This document shows positions 11,136 through 19,069 of a DNA stretch of 63,372 bases, in pieces. The notes beneath the pieces were generated by a model. The model had not been told where the DNA came from. It was given only the letters and a program-made list of their open reading frames with translations, and made no database searches. The DNA comes from an uncultured Muribaculaceae bacterium (GTDB lineage Bacteria > Bacillota_I > Bacilli_A > RF39 > UBA660), in NCBI GenBank assembly GCA_964370545.1, contig CAYJJQ010000004.1, positions 1 to 63,372 on the forward strand, read 5' to 3'. The translations under genes were made by a program, and so were the position numbers. Position 1 is the first letter of the stretch, and each line of letters begins with the position of its first letter.

Positions 11136-12116
11136 ATGGAAAGAATTATAACAGGAATTAAACCATCAGGAGGTATTACATTAGGTAATTATATAGGTTC
11201 TATTATGCAAATGGTAAATATGCAAAATGATTATGAATCATTTATATTTATAGCAGATATGCATGCAATAACAGTTCCTCAAAATCCGGAAGCTTTAAAA
11301 GCAAATATTAAAGAGTTACTTGCTTTATATTTAGCATGTGGTATAGAACCAGAAAAAAATGTAATATTTTTACAATCAGAAAATAAATATCATGCTAATA
11401 TATCGTGGTTATTAGAGTGTACTACTCCTTATGGAGAACTTACTAGAATGACTCAGTTTAAAGACAAATCTAATAAAAATGAAAGTTTTTCAACAGGATT
11501 ACTTACATATCCAGTCTTAATGGCTGCAGATATACTTACATATGATGTTGATTTAGTACCTGTAGGAATAGATCAAAAACAACATGTAGAGCTTACTAGA
11601 AATATAGCTGAAAGATATAATAATAGATTTGGAGATACTTTTAAAGTTCCCGATGTAAAAATGACTAAAGAAGGAACTAAAATAATGGATTTAGTAGATC
11701 CTAGTAAAAAAATGAGTAAATCTGATGATAACCCTAAAGGTTTTATAGCTATGCTTGATGACTTAGAATTAGTTAGAAAAAAAATAATGAGTGCTACTAC
11801 TGATAGTGATTGTTTAGTTAAATATGATCCTGAAAATAAACCAGGGATATCTAATTTAATAAATATACTGGTTTCACTTACAAATAAAACTGTTGAAGAA
11901 GTAGAGTTAGAGTTTAATGGTAAAAACTATGGAGAGTTCAAAAAAGTTGTAGCAGATACTGTTGTTAATAGATTAGAAGTTATACAAACAAAATATAAAG
12001 AAATTATAAATAGTGATATATTAGATGAAGTTTTAGATAATGGTAAAAAGGTAACTAAAAAGATTGCAAAAGAAAAATATAAAACTATGAAAAAACTTAT
12101 GGGATTAGATAGATAG
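11136..12116 (+). CDS. trpS: Tryptophan--tRNA ligase
   Basis: Class I aaRS of 326 aa with a KMSKS motif and a HIGH-like region (GITLGNYIG). Confidence 0.95.
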   Translation: MERIITGIKPSGGITLGNYIGSIMQMVNMQNDYESFIFIADMHAITVPQNPEALKANIKELLALYLACGIEPEKNVIFLQSENKYHANISWLLECTTPYGELTRMTQFKDKSNKNESFSTGLLTYPVLMAADILTYDVDLVPVGIDQKQHVELTRNIAERYNNRFGDTFKVPDVKMTKEGTKIMDLVDPSKKMSKSDDNPKGFIAMLDDLELVRKKIMSATTDSDCLVKYDPENKPGISNLINILVSLTNKTVEEVELEFNGKNYGEFKKVVADTVVNRLEVIQTKYKEIINSDILDEVLDNGKKVTKKIAKEKYKTMKKLMGLDR

Positions 12117-12129
12117 GAGATAAAAATTT

Positions 12130-12489
12130 ATGTTATTAGAAGATTATGTAGCTGGAATATTTACATCTAATGTAATATTACTGTGGTTAGGAATAACAAT
12201 ATTCTTTATAATTGCTAATTGGAAAATATTTACAAAAGCAGGAAAGCCTGGATGGGCATCGCTTATTCCTATTTATAGCAACATAGTAATGTTTAGAATT
12301 GCTAAAATGTCTGGTTTTTGGGTACTAGTACTACTTATTCCAGTTGTAAATGTAGTAATATTATTTATAATGTATTATAATATTGCTATAAATTTTAATA
12401 GAGGATTAGGAACTGCTTTAGGGTTATACTTCTTTCCTTATATCTTTATTCCTATCTTAGCTTTTGGTTCAGCAACTTATATAGATTAA
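12130..12489 (+). CDS. Small membrane protein (DUF5684-like)
   Basis: KAGKPGWASLIPIYSNIVMFRIA motif recalled from the DUF5684 family; three TM helices. Confidence 0.5.
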   Translation: MLLEDYVAGIFTSNVILLWLGITIFFIIANWKIFTKAGKPGWASLIPIYSNIVMFRIAKMSGFWVLVLLIPVVNVVILFIMYYNIAINFNRGLGTALGLYFFPYIFIPILAFGSATYID

Positions 12490-12494
12490 ATTAA

Positions 12495-12517
12495 ATACGG
12501 ATAACCGTATTTTTTTT
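12495..12517 (+). terminator. Rho-independent terminator
   Basis: atacgg-ataa-ccgtat hairpin plus 7 T. Confidence 0.7.
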
Positions 12518-12602
12518 GTCAAAAAATAAGAAGGTTTGTCGAAAGTATTTACAAGAAAAATAAAGTGTATATACTAGAGAACTTAAGAAAAGGAAAAAGT
12601 AA

Positions 12603-13490
12603 ATGATAAAAACTGAAACAAAGATAGCAGGGCCAACAAATGATATAGTATTTAAAATATTTTTTAAGAAAAATAGAGAGATGTTAAATCTAGTAATAAA
12701 AGAAGTAATAGGTATAGATATAGAAAAGGCTAGTATAGAGTTTTTAGATACAGAAACTCAGGGAAATTTTATAGATGATAAAATAACAAGATTTGATTTA
12801 AGAGTAAAATTACCAGGAGGGAAAGTAGTATATATAGAAATGCAAAATGTTAAACAAAAAGAATTATTAAATAGAATGGATTTTTATTTAGCAAGAGTGT
12901 TAACAGAACAGATGCAAGTATCAGGGAAGTATCAGAACTTGAAAAGTGTATATGGAATATTCTTTTTAAATTATAACAGTGAAGAATTTAATAAAATGTT
13001 TACAAAATTAGAAATATGCGATAAACTTAACTTAGAGAAAACTTATGATAATAGAACAATGTATGTTATAAACTTGAAACAAGTAGAAGAAGATAAAAGA
13101 TTTGATGAAGATTTTATAAGATTATTAAAGTTCATAACACTAGAAAGTAGTAAGGAGATGAGTGATATGGCAAGGGTAAATGATAAGTTTGAAAAAGCAT
13201 ATAAGTTAGTACAAGATATAAATGCAGATCCAGAGTATAGAGACTATATCTGGCAAAAAGAAAAAGATAAATGGGATAAAGAAGCAGAACTAGACTATGC
13301 TTTAAGCGAAGGTCATGAAAAAGGCAAAGCAGAAGGTATACTGGAAGGTAAAGCAGAAGGTATACTGGAAGGCAAAGCAGAGAACACCAAAGAGTTAGTT
13401 TTAAAGATGCATCAAAATAATCTTGATTTAGAAACAATTTCTAAAATAACTCAGATGCCTATTGAAGAAATTAACTCAATAATAGAGTAA
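12603..13490 (+). CDS. Rpn/YhgA-like PD-(D/E)XK nuclease (recombination-promoting nuclease / putative transposase family)
   Basis: N-terminal pattern ...ND(I/V)FK...D(x)nV...IEMQN typical of the family. The C-terminal helical tail contains the (GKAEGILE)n repeat. Confidence 0.7.
   Translation: MIKTETKIAGPTNDIVFKIFFKKNREMLNLVIKEVIGIDIEKASIEFLDTETQGNFIDDKITRFDLRVKLPGGKVVYIEMQNVKQKELLNRMDFYLARVLTEQMQVSGKYQNLKSVYGIFFLNYNSEEFNKMFTKLEICDKLNLEKTYDNRTMYVINLKQVEEDKRFDEDFIRLLKFITLESSKEMSDMARVNDKFEKAYKLVQDINADPEYRDYIWQKEKDKWDKEAELDYALSEGHEKGKAEGILEGKAEGILEGKAENTKELVLKMHQNNLDLETISKITQMPIEEINSIIE
13323..13381 (+). repeat. 24-bp in-frame tandem repeat (about 2.5 copies) inside the Rpn-like gene
   Basis: gg(c/t)aaagcagaaggtatactggaa is repeated at 13323 and 13347, with a partial copy at 13371. 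It encodes GKAEGILE units. Confidence 0.85.
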
Positions 13491-13493
13491 TAA

Positions 13494-13530
13494 AAAAGTG
13501 TTTTATGATTAACAATAAAACACTTTTTTT
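13494..13530 (+). terminator. Rho-independent terminator
   Basis: aaaagtgtttta ... taaaacactttt 12-bp stem plus a T run. Confidence 0.75.
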
Positions 13531-13589
13531 ATGTTTATATATGCAAAATATATATTTTATGATAAAATTACATAGTTATGAGGTGAATT

Positions 13590-15179
13590 ATGCTTAAAGT
13601 AATAGATGTAAGTTTAAAATTTGGAACTAAAACTTTATTTGAAAATGTTAATTTAGATTTTGGAAATAATTGTTATGGTTTAGTAGGTGCTAATGGAGCA
13701 GGTAAATCCACTTTTATTAAATTATTAAGTGGTAAACTTGAAACTACTAAAGGGGAAATTATTACTGGTAAAGGTGAAAGAATAAGTGTTTTAGAACAGA
13801 ATCATAATTTATATGATGAGTATACTCTTATAGATACAGTTATAATGGGTAATAAAGAATTATATGATATTATGAATGAAAAAAATGAAATATATCAAAA
13901 AGAAGATTTTACCGATGCAGATGGTATAAAAGCAGGAGAACTTGAAGCTTTATTTGCAGAGATGAATGGATGGCAAGCTGAAAGTGATGCAGCAATATTA
14001 CTTTCTAATTTAGGGGTAGATATTGATACACATTATTTACATTTAAAAGAGTTACCAGATAAAGATAAAGTAAAGGTGCTGCTTGCGCAGGCTTTATTTA
14101 GAAAACCTGATATACTACTACTTGATGAGCCTACAAATGGATTAGATCTTAAAAGTAAGTTATGGTTAGAAGAATTTTTAATTAATTTTGAAAATACAGT
14201 AATAGTAGTATCTCATGATAGATATTTTCTAAATAAAGTTTGTACTCATATTGTGGATATAGACTATGGAAAAATAACTGCTTTTGTAGGAAATTATGAC
14301 TTTTGGTATGAATCTAGTGAATTAATACTTAAACAAATGAAAGATAGTAATAAGAAAAAAGAAGAGAAGATAAAAGAATTACAAACATTTATAGCTAGAT
14401 TTAGTGCTAATGCATCTAAATCTAAACAAGCTACTTCTAGAAAAAAATTACTGGATAAAATAGTACTAGATGAAATAAGACCTTCTAATCGTAAATATCC
14501 TTTTGTTAACTTTGAAGTAGAAAAAGGATTAACTGGGGAAATATTACATTTGAGTAATATTAATTATAGTATAGATGGTAAAGATATACTTAAAAATTTT
14601 TCTTTATATATAAATAAAGATGATAAAATAGCCCTTATAGGTACTAACGAACTAGCTAAAACAACTCTCCTTAAAATAATTAAAGGAGAGATAACCCCTG
14701 ATAGTGGAACTATCAAAGTAGGGGTTAATACTTCTTTTAGTTATTTTCCCAAAGATCATGATTATCTATTTGATAATAATGATGATATGGTTACATGGCT
14801 TAGGAAGTATTCATCTGATACAGATGAATCTTTCGTTAGAGGTTTTCTAGGAAGAATGTTATTTTCTGGAGATGATGCTCTTAAGAAAGTTAAAGTTTTA
14901 TCAGGAGGAGAAAAAGTTAGATGTGTACTAGCTAAAATGATGTTAGAGAAGGGTAATTTCTTATTACTTGATGAACCTACTAACCATCTTGATATTGAGG
15001 CTATAACAGCTCTTAATAATGGTTTAATTAAATATAATTCATCATTTATAATTACATCATATGATCAGCAGCTTATTAATACAACAGCTAATAGATTAAT
15101 AGAAATAAAAGATGATGGAACTTATAAAGATAAATATATGACATATGATGAATATGTTGAAAAGTATATTAATGTGTAA
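13590..15179 (+). CDS. ABC-F family ATPase (two ABC domains, no TM domain)
   Basis: Two Walker A sites (GANGAGKST; a degenerate GTNELAKTT), two LSGGE signatures and a charged interdomain linker. Confidence 0.85.
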   Translation: MLKVIDVSLKFGTKTLFENVNLDFGNNCYGLVGANGAGKSTFIKLLSGKLETTKGEIITGKGERISVLEQNHNLYDEYTLIDTVIMGNKELYDIMNEKNEIYQKEDFTDADGIKAGELEALFAEMNGWQAESDAAILLSNLGVDIDTHYLHLKELPDKDKVKVLLAQALFRKPDILLLDEPTNGLDLKSKLWLEEFLINFENTVIVVSHDRYFLNKVCTHIVDIDYGKITAFVGNYDFWYESSELILKQMKDSNKKKEEKIKELQTFIARFSANASKSKQATSRKKLLDKIVLDEIRPSNRKYPFVNFEVEKGLTGEILHLSNINYSIDGKDILKNFSLYINKDDKIALIGTNELAKTTLLKIIKGEITPDSGTIKVGVNTSFSYFPKDHDYLFDNNDDMVTWLRKYSSDTDESFVRGFLGRMLFSGDDALKKVKVLSGGEKVRCVLAKMMLEKGNFLLLDEPTNHLDIEAITALNNGLIKYNSSFIITSYDQQLINTTANRLIEIKDDGTYKDKYMTYDEYVEKYINV

Positions 15180-15190
15180 TATATATAAAT

Positions 15191-15227
15191 ATAAGCATAA
15201 CTGCTATTGACAGTATGCTTATTTTTT
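15191..15227 (+). terminator. Rho-independent terminator
   Basis: ataagcata ... tatgcttat stem plus a T run. Confidence 0.7.
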
Positions 15228-15256
15228 ATTAAAATTAGTATAGTAAGGATTATAAG

Positions 15257-16630
15257 ATGAAACTAAATAAAAAGAGTATTTTAATTAGTTTAGGAGTAAT
15301 TATATTATTAGTAGGAGGCTACTTTCTTTTTTCAGTTTATTTAAATAATAATGAATTAGTAGTAAGTAGTGATAATAACGATAATGAAATCTTTGCAGTA
15401 TTCTTAGAAACAGGATATGATACAAATGTATATAACTACTCAGAAGTTACTGAGTGGCCAGCAGATTATATTTTTAATTCGGAAAAGTCATACTGTACAT
15501 ATGGTTCAGAGTTATCTTGGGATGGTACTGGAGTAGCAGTATCTTTATCAGGTTCAGATATATGTTATGTTTATTTTAAGGTTCCGCCAGATATTTATTT
15601 AGCAAGCATGACGCTTAATGGAAGTGCTACATCAAGTATTCCTACTAAAACTGACACTATGTTTGTAGGTGTAAGCTGCGCTAATGCTACAGGTAAATGG
15701 AATTATGAAGATTGGTATTTAGAAGTAGATAATGTAACTGATAAAGTAAACTGTAGTGTTGATTTTACGAATGTAACTAATCCTCCTACAGTAGCGCAGC
15801 ATATTATAGATCTTCATAGTGGTACTGATGGAACAGAAGGTATATATTATACAAACTCATCAGAATATAGATATACAGGAATGGCACCAAATAATTACAT
15901 ATGGTTTAATGATGAACTATGGAGAATAATAGGGGTATTTGATGGAGATTCTCATGGAAGAGATGGAGAGAATTTAGTAAAGATAATAAGTGAAGATACT
16001 TATTCATATGCTTTTGATACGGCAAATGATAACTCGTGGGCTGACTCAGGAGGAGGAGCAACGCTTAATACGCTTTATAATACATATTATTATAATAGTA
16101 CAAATGGAACAAGTTATGCAGGGTGTCGTGGACACTCAAGTTCATTAACAAAGTCATGTGATTTTACAAACTCAGGATTAGATGCAGAAGCAAGAGAAAT
16201 GGTGCAAAGTGTAACGTGGTATTTGGGAGGGCACTCTATATCAGGAGTAACGGCAAGCGTAATGTATGGGTACGAAAGAGGAAGTACTGTATCAAGCGGG
16301 ACATATACCAGCACAACAGCAAATATAGGATTAATGTACGCAAGTGATTATGGATATGCAGCACCACCTAGTTGTTTAACGACAAATTTAAGTAGCTATA
16401 ATACTGCTGCATGTGGAGGTAATAATTGGCTTTTAGAAAACCAATATGAATTTACACTAACGGCCACCTCCACTACCTCGAACTTTGTGTGGAGTGTCGG
16501 CTATCACGGCGGCGTGACCAACATCAACGTTTACATCGGCTATGCCTCTCGGCCAGTCTTGTATCTGAAATCTTCTTTGGTATATTTAGGAGGAACGGGA
16601 AGCGAAGCTGATCCGTTCATAGTAGGATAA
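15257..16630 (+). CDS. DGR target protein 1 (long-N-terminus form): membrane-anchored extracellular protein with C-terminal variable region
   Basis: N-terminal TM anchor. The C-terminal segment contains VR1, which matches the TR with adenine-specific differences. Paralogous to 19070, 20346 and 21744. Confidence 0.85.
   Translation: MKLNKKSILISLGVIILLVGGYFLFSVYLNNNELVVSSDNNDNEIFAVFLETGYDTNVYNYSEVTEWPADYIFNSEKSYCTYGSELSWDGTGVAVSLSGSDICYVYFKVPPDIYLASMTLNGSATSSIPTKTDTMFVGVSCANATGKWNYEDWYLEVDNVTDKVNCSVDFTNVTNPPTVAQHIIDLHSGTDGTEGIYYTNSSEYRYTGMAPNNYIWFNDELWRIIGVFDGDSHGRDGENLVKIISEDTYSYAFDTANDNSWADSGGGATLNTLYNTYYYNSTNGTSYAGCRGHSSSLTKSCDFTNSGLDAEAREMVQSVTWYLGGHSISGVTASVMYGYERGSTVSSGTYTSTTANIGLMYASDYGYAAPPSCLTTNLSSYNTAACGGNNWLLENQYEFTLTATSTTSNFVWSVGYHGGVTNINVYIGYASRPVLYLKSSLVYLGGTGSEADPFIVG
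16459..16549 (+). other. DGR variable repeat VR1
   Basis: Gap-free alignment to TR 18571..18661 (offset 2112). By hand count there are about 17 differences at TR adenines and 2 at non-adenines. 12 of 15 AAY template codons are changed. Confidence 0.85.
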
Positions 16631-16653
16631 AAAGGAGAAGATAGAATAAAACA

Positions 16654-16679
16654 AACCGCCGGCAGGCGGTTATATTTTT
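16654..16679 (+). terminator. GC-rich terminator hairpin after target gene 1
   Basis: aaccgcc-ggca-ggcggtt followed by atattttt; the identical stem-loop follows target gene 2. Confidence 0.75.
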
Positions 16680-16754
16680 AATAAAAATATAATCATGTGC
16701 TAATATTAAACAATTGAAAAGTTTACATTATATTTATAATTCAAATAAAAAAAG

Positions 16755-16783
16755 TTGACAATATGTAAATGTGCGGGTATGAT
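16755..16783 (+). promoter_or_regulatory. Candidate sigma-70-type promoter for the DGR accessory/RT operon
   Basis: TTGACA (16755), 17-nt spacer, TATGAT (16778). Confidence 0.45.
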
Positions 16784-16875
16784 TAATATAGAGGTGATGT
16801 ATAATAAAAACAAAATTATCTATAATTGGTAATCGTGGTTCTTTTTGTCATGTATATAATGAAGATGCGTATATT

Positions 16876-17169
16876 ATGAATAATTTATTTAATTATAAAA
16901 TAATTGAGGGTAATAAGGTTGGTTTTCCTAAAACTGCTTTGTTAAAAATTACACAAAAACTTGATGAACTTAAAATATCATATGAAATTACACAAATTGG
17001 AGAAGATGTAAAAAGAAAATTATACAAACAAAATAATTATGATAAATATTATGATGAGGCCAAAGAAAAAATATCATTTGAAAACAAATTAGAATTGGCA
17101 TTAAAAAAACTTGAATTTATGAAACAAAGCGATGTTCTTAAAGTAATTGAGTTTATAAATGAGTATTAG
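16876..17169 (+). CDS. Small DGR accessory protein resembling MutS mismatch-binding domain I (MSL-like)
   Basis: The pattern G.F..vYnEDA..mnnL....i......vGFPktal.kitqkLdelkisYEitQ parallels E. coli MutS [11 protein letters not shown]...[25 protein letters not shown]. The similarity continues upstream of the ATG. Confidence 0.45.
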   Translation: MNNLFNYKIIEGNKVGFPKTALLKITQKLDELKISYEITQIGEDVKRKLYKQNNYDKYYDEAKEKISFENKLELALKKLEFMKQSDVLKVIEFINEY

Positions 17170-17512
17170 TAGTAATAAGTTTTTAATTGCTGTTAAAATG
17201 AAAAAATATATAATTAGTTCTAAAACCTTAGTTAATAATATACCTAAAAGTGATTATGTATATCGCGATGAATATAGGGGAGTATTAGTCAGAACTTTGG
17301 AGAATATATATTATGCTAATAATGATATAACCAAAACAAAATATTTATCAATAATAAAAGGAAATTTAGAAATTATTGATTTTTATTTGGAATTATTTTT
17401 AAAATTCAAGTATATTTCTGAAAAAGAGTTTGAAAAACATGCAAAGCTTTTAAGTGAAATTTATAAAATGACAGTGTCCTGGTTAAAAAAATTGGAAGAT
17501 GAAAAAAGTTAA
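17159..17512 (+). CDS. avd: Avd-like accessory variability determinant (four-helix-bundle protein)
   Basis: 117 aa, helical. The pattern ...IPKSDY.YRDEY....VRTLENIYYAN...L.IIDFYLELF.KFKYISEKEF is typical of Avd / S23-IVS four-helix-bundle proteins. Overlaps the RT start. Confidence 0.7.
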   Translation: MSISSNKFLIAVKMKKYIISSKTLVNNIPKSDYVYRDEYRGVLVRTLENIYYANNDITKTKYLSIIKGNLEIIDFYLELFLKFKYISEKEFEKHAKLLSEIYKMTVSWLKKLEDEKS

Positions 17513-18560
17513 TATATTTGATATAAATGAGATTTATGAATCTCTAAGTAAAAATATTAAGAATAAAAATTCATTATACTTATTTGAAAAGAATAAAATG
17601 ATATATTTAAATCATATTAAAGAAACTTTGAATAGTAGTTATGATGGAGGGAAATATAATATTTTTCTTTTAAAATATCCTAAAAAAAGAATAATAATGA
17701 GTCAATCAATAATAGATAAAATAATAAATCACTATGTTACAAAACATATACTGGAAGAAAAACTTAAAAAGTACTTGGATAAAAGAAATGTTGCGACAAG
17801 AAAAAACATGGGAACAAGTTATGGTATAAAATTATTTATGCAGTACATTAACAAATTAAAGTTTGAATATGATGATATATATGTACTAAAATTAGACATT
17901 AAAAATTATTTTCCAAGTATTGATCACTGTGAGTTAAAAAAATTACTTGTTGATAAACTAGATTCTTTTGAATATGGAATTATTGAAAATATAATTGATA
18001 GCACTAATCATTCTTATGTTAATGATAAAATTGTAAAAATAAATGAAAAAAACAACTTAAATTTACCATTATATGATAATGGTAAGGGTTTGCCTATTGG
18101 AAATATGACCTCCCAATTTTTAGCAATTTTTTATTTACATGAATTTCATCATTATTTAATTCATAAACAAAAACTTAAGTATTTTGTTAATTATATGGAT
18201 GATTATGTAATTATTTGTCCAGATAAAGACTATTTATCAAGATGTAAAAAGGAAATCATTAATTTTTTAAGCACTTATAAATTAGAAATTAATGAAAATA
18301 AAACACGTATCAATCACATTTCAAACGGAGTTAACTTTTTAGGATATAAGTTTATAATGAAGGATAACAATAGGTTAATAGTCAAATTAAGTAGTAAGTC
18401 AAGACAAAATATAAAATATAATTTAAAAAAAAGAAAATATGAATATAAAACAAATGAAATTGATATTAATAGTTATTTTAGCACTACAATGACATATAAA
18501 TATGGATTCAAATTTAGTAAAAGTAATAAAGTGAAAAAAATAATAAAAAAATATGGGTAA
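17499..18560 (+). CDS. DGR-type reverse transcriptase
   Basis: RT motifs KLDIKNYFPSIDH and YMDDYVII (YxDD), plus the DGR-diagnostic LPIGNMTSQ (I/LGxxxSQ) motif. Confidence 0.9.
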   Translation: MKKVNIFDINEIYESLSKNIKNKNSLYLFEKNKMIYLNHIKETLNSSYDGGKYNIFLLKYPKKRIIMSQSIIDKIINHYVTKHILEEKLKKYLDKRNVATRKNMGTSYGIKLFMQYINKLKFEYDDIYVLKLDIKNYFPSIDHCELKKLLVDKLDSFEYGIIENIIDSTNHSYVNDKIVKINEKNNLNLPLYDNGKGLPIGNMTSQFLAIFYLHEFHHYLIHKQKLKYFVNYMDDYVIICPDKDYLSRCKKEIINFLSTYKLEINENKTRINHISNGVNFLGYKFIMKDNNRLIVKLSSKSRQNIKYNLKKRKYEYKTNEIDINSYFSTTMTYKYGFKFSKSNKVKKIIKKYG

Positions 18561-18570
18561 TTTTTTATGA

Positions 18571-18661
18571 AAAAGCCAACTCCACTAACTCGAACAATGT
18601 GTGGAATGTGAACTATAACGGCAACGTGAACAACAACAACGCTAACAACGGCAATGCCTCT
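18571..18661 (+). other. DGR template repeat (TR)
   Basis: Non-coding, 10 nt after the RT stop. 15 of 29 codon-equivalents are AAC/AAT. GC-rich relative to its surroundings. Matches VR1 and VR2. Confidence 0.85.
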
Positions 18662-18800
18662 TTTTCTTTAGCTTATTGATTTTGTTTAATTAAGGGTAAG
18701 CCTTTAATTACAAGAGTTAATAAACATAAATTATCCCTGGGTTTTCCTAAATGATAATTGCAAATAAGAAAGGATTAGTCTATTTTCTAGGGGTGATGTA

Positions 18801-19067
18801 ATGAAAAATAAATATGATTTCTTAAAAACTATATATAAGAATAAATTAGTAGTTTTTAAGAAAAAGAATAATATAAAATCATTTGGTATAGATCAAATGA
18901 TTTTATATTATTTAAAGATAGAAACTAAAGAAGATTTAAAAAAAGTTAATTTTGACTTTATATTATTTGATAATTTTGATATAATTGATATGAAAATAGA
19001 AGGTAGTAATAAATATAATAATTATGTATTGATAGTATCATTATTAAAAAAATTGAAAGGAATGTAA
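18801..19067 (+). CDS. Hypothetical small protein (88 aa) between TR and target gene 2
   Basis: ORF with a GGGGTGA RBS, ending 2 nt before target gene 2. Only a weak resemblance to the N-terminal part of the 16876 ORF. Confidence 0.45.
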   Translation: MKNKYDFLKTIYKNKLVVFKKKNNIKSFGIDQMILYYLKIETKEDLKKVNFDFILFDNFDIIDMKIEGSNKYNNYVLIVSLLKKLKGM

Positions 19068-19069
19068 TT

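Larger units (their letters stand above)
15839..16679 (+). repeat. Direct repeat copy 1 (about 0.84 kb, 3' half of target gene 1 plus terminator)
   Basis: Collinear with 19421..20261 at a constant offset of 3582 bp with no indels, checked at three anchor points. About 90% identity outside the VR. Confidence 0.8.
16876..18661 (+). mobile_element. Diversity-generating retroelement core (accessory ORF, avd, RT, TR)
   Basis: Overlapping ORFs for a MutS-I-like protein, a four-helix-bundle Avd-like protein and a DGR-type RT, followed 10 nt later by the AAY-rich TR. Confidence 0.85.

Noticed and set aside
13323-13381. Short tandem repeats as a possible CRISPR or minisatellite
   Set aside because: There are only 2.5 copies, they are contiguous with no spacers, and they lie in frame inside the Rpn-like CDS, encoding a peptide repeat. 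No CRISPR-like array was seen anywhere in the window.
16114-16314. 66-aa minus-strand ORFs inside both DGR target genes (16114..16314 and 19696..19896)
   Set aside because: These are shadow ORFs on the antisense strand of well-supported genes. Their duplication simply reflects the 0.84-kb direct repeat. They have no RBS or independent signal.
16654-16671. The GC hairpin aaccgcc-ggca-ggcggtt (and its twin at 20236..20253) as the DGR target-recognition cruciform
   Set aside because: It lies about 105 nt beyond the VR end and after the stop codon, and it is followed by a T run. A plain intrinsic terminator is the simpler reading. The proximal flank is kept as a low-interest finding instead.
16797-16832. 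11-codon ORF MYNKNKIIYNW behind GAGGTG as a leader peptide for the DGR operon
   Set aside because: There are only 2 nt between the SD-like GAGG and the ATG, and no supporting structure. It is more informative as the out-of-frame ATG discussed in the MSL-like frameshift finding.
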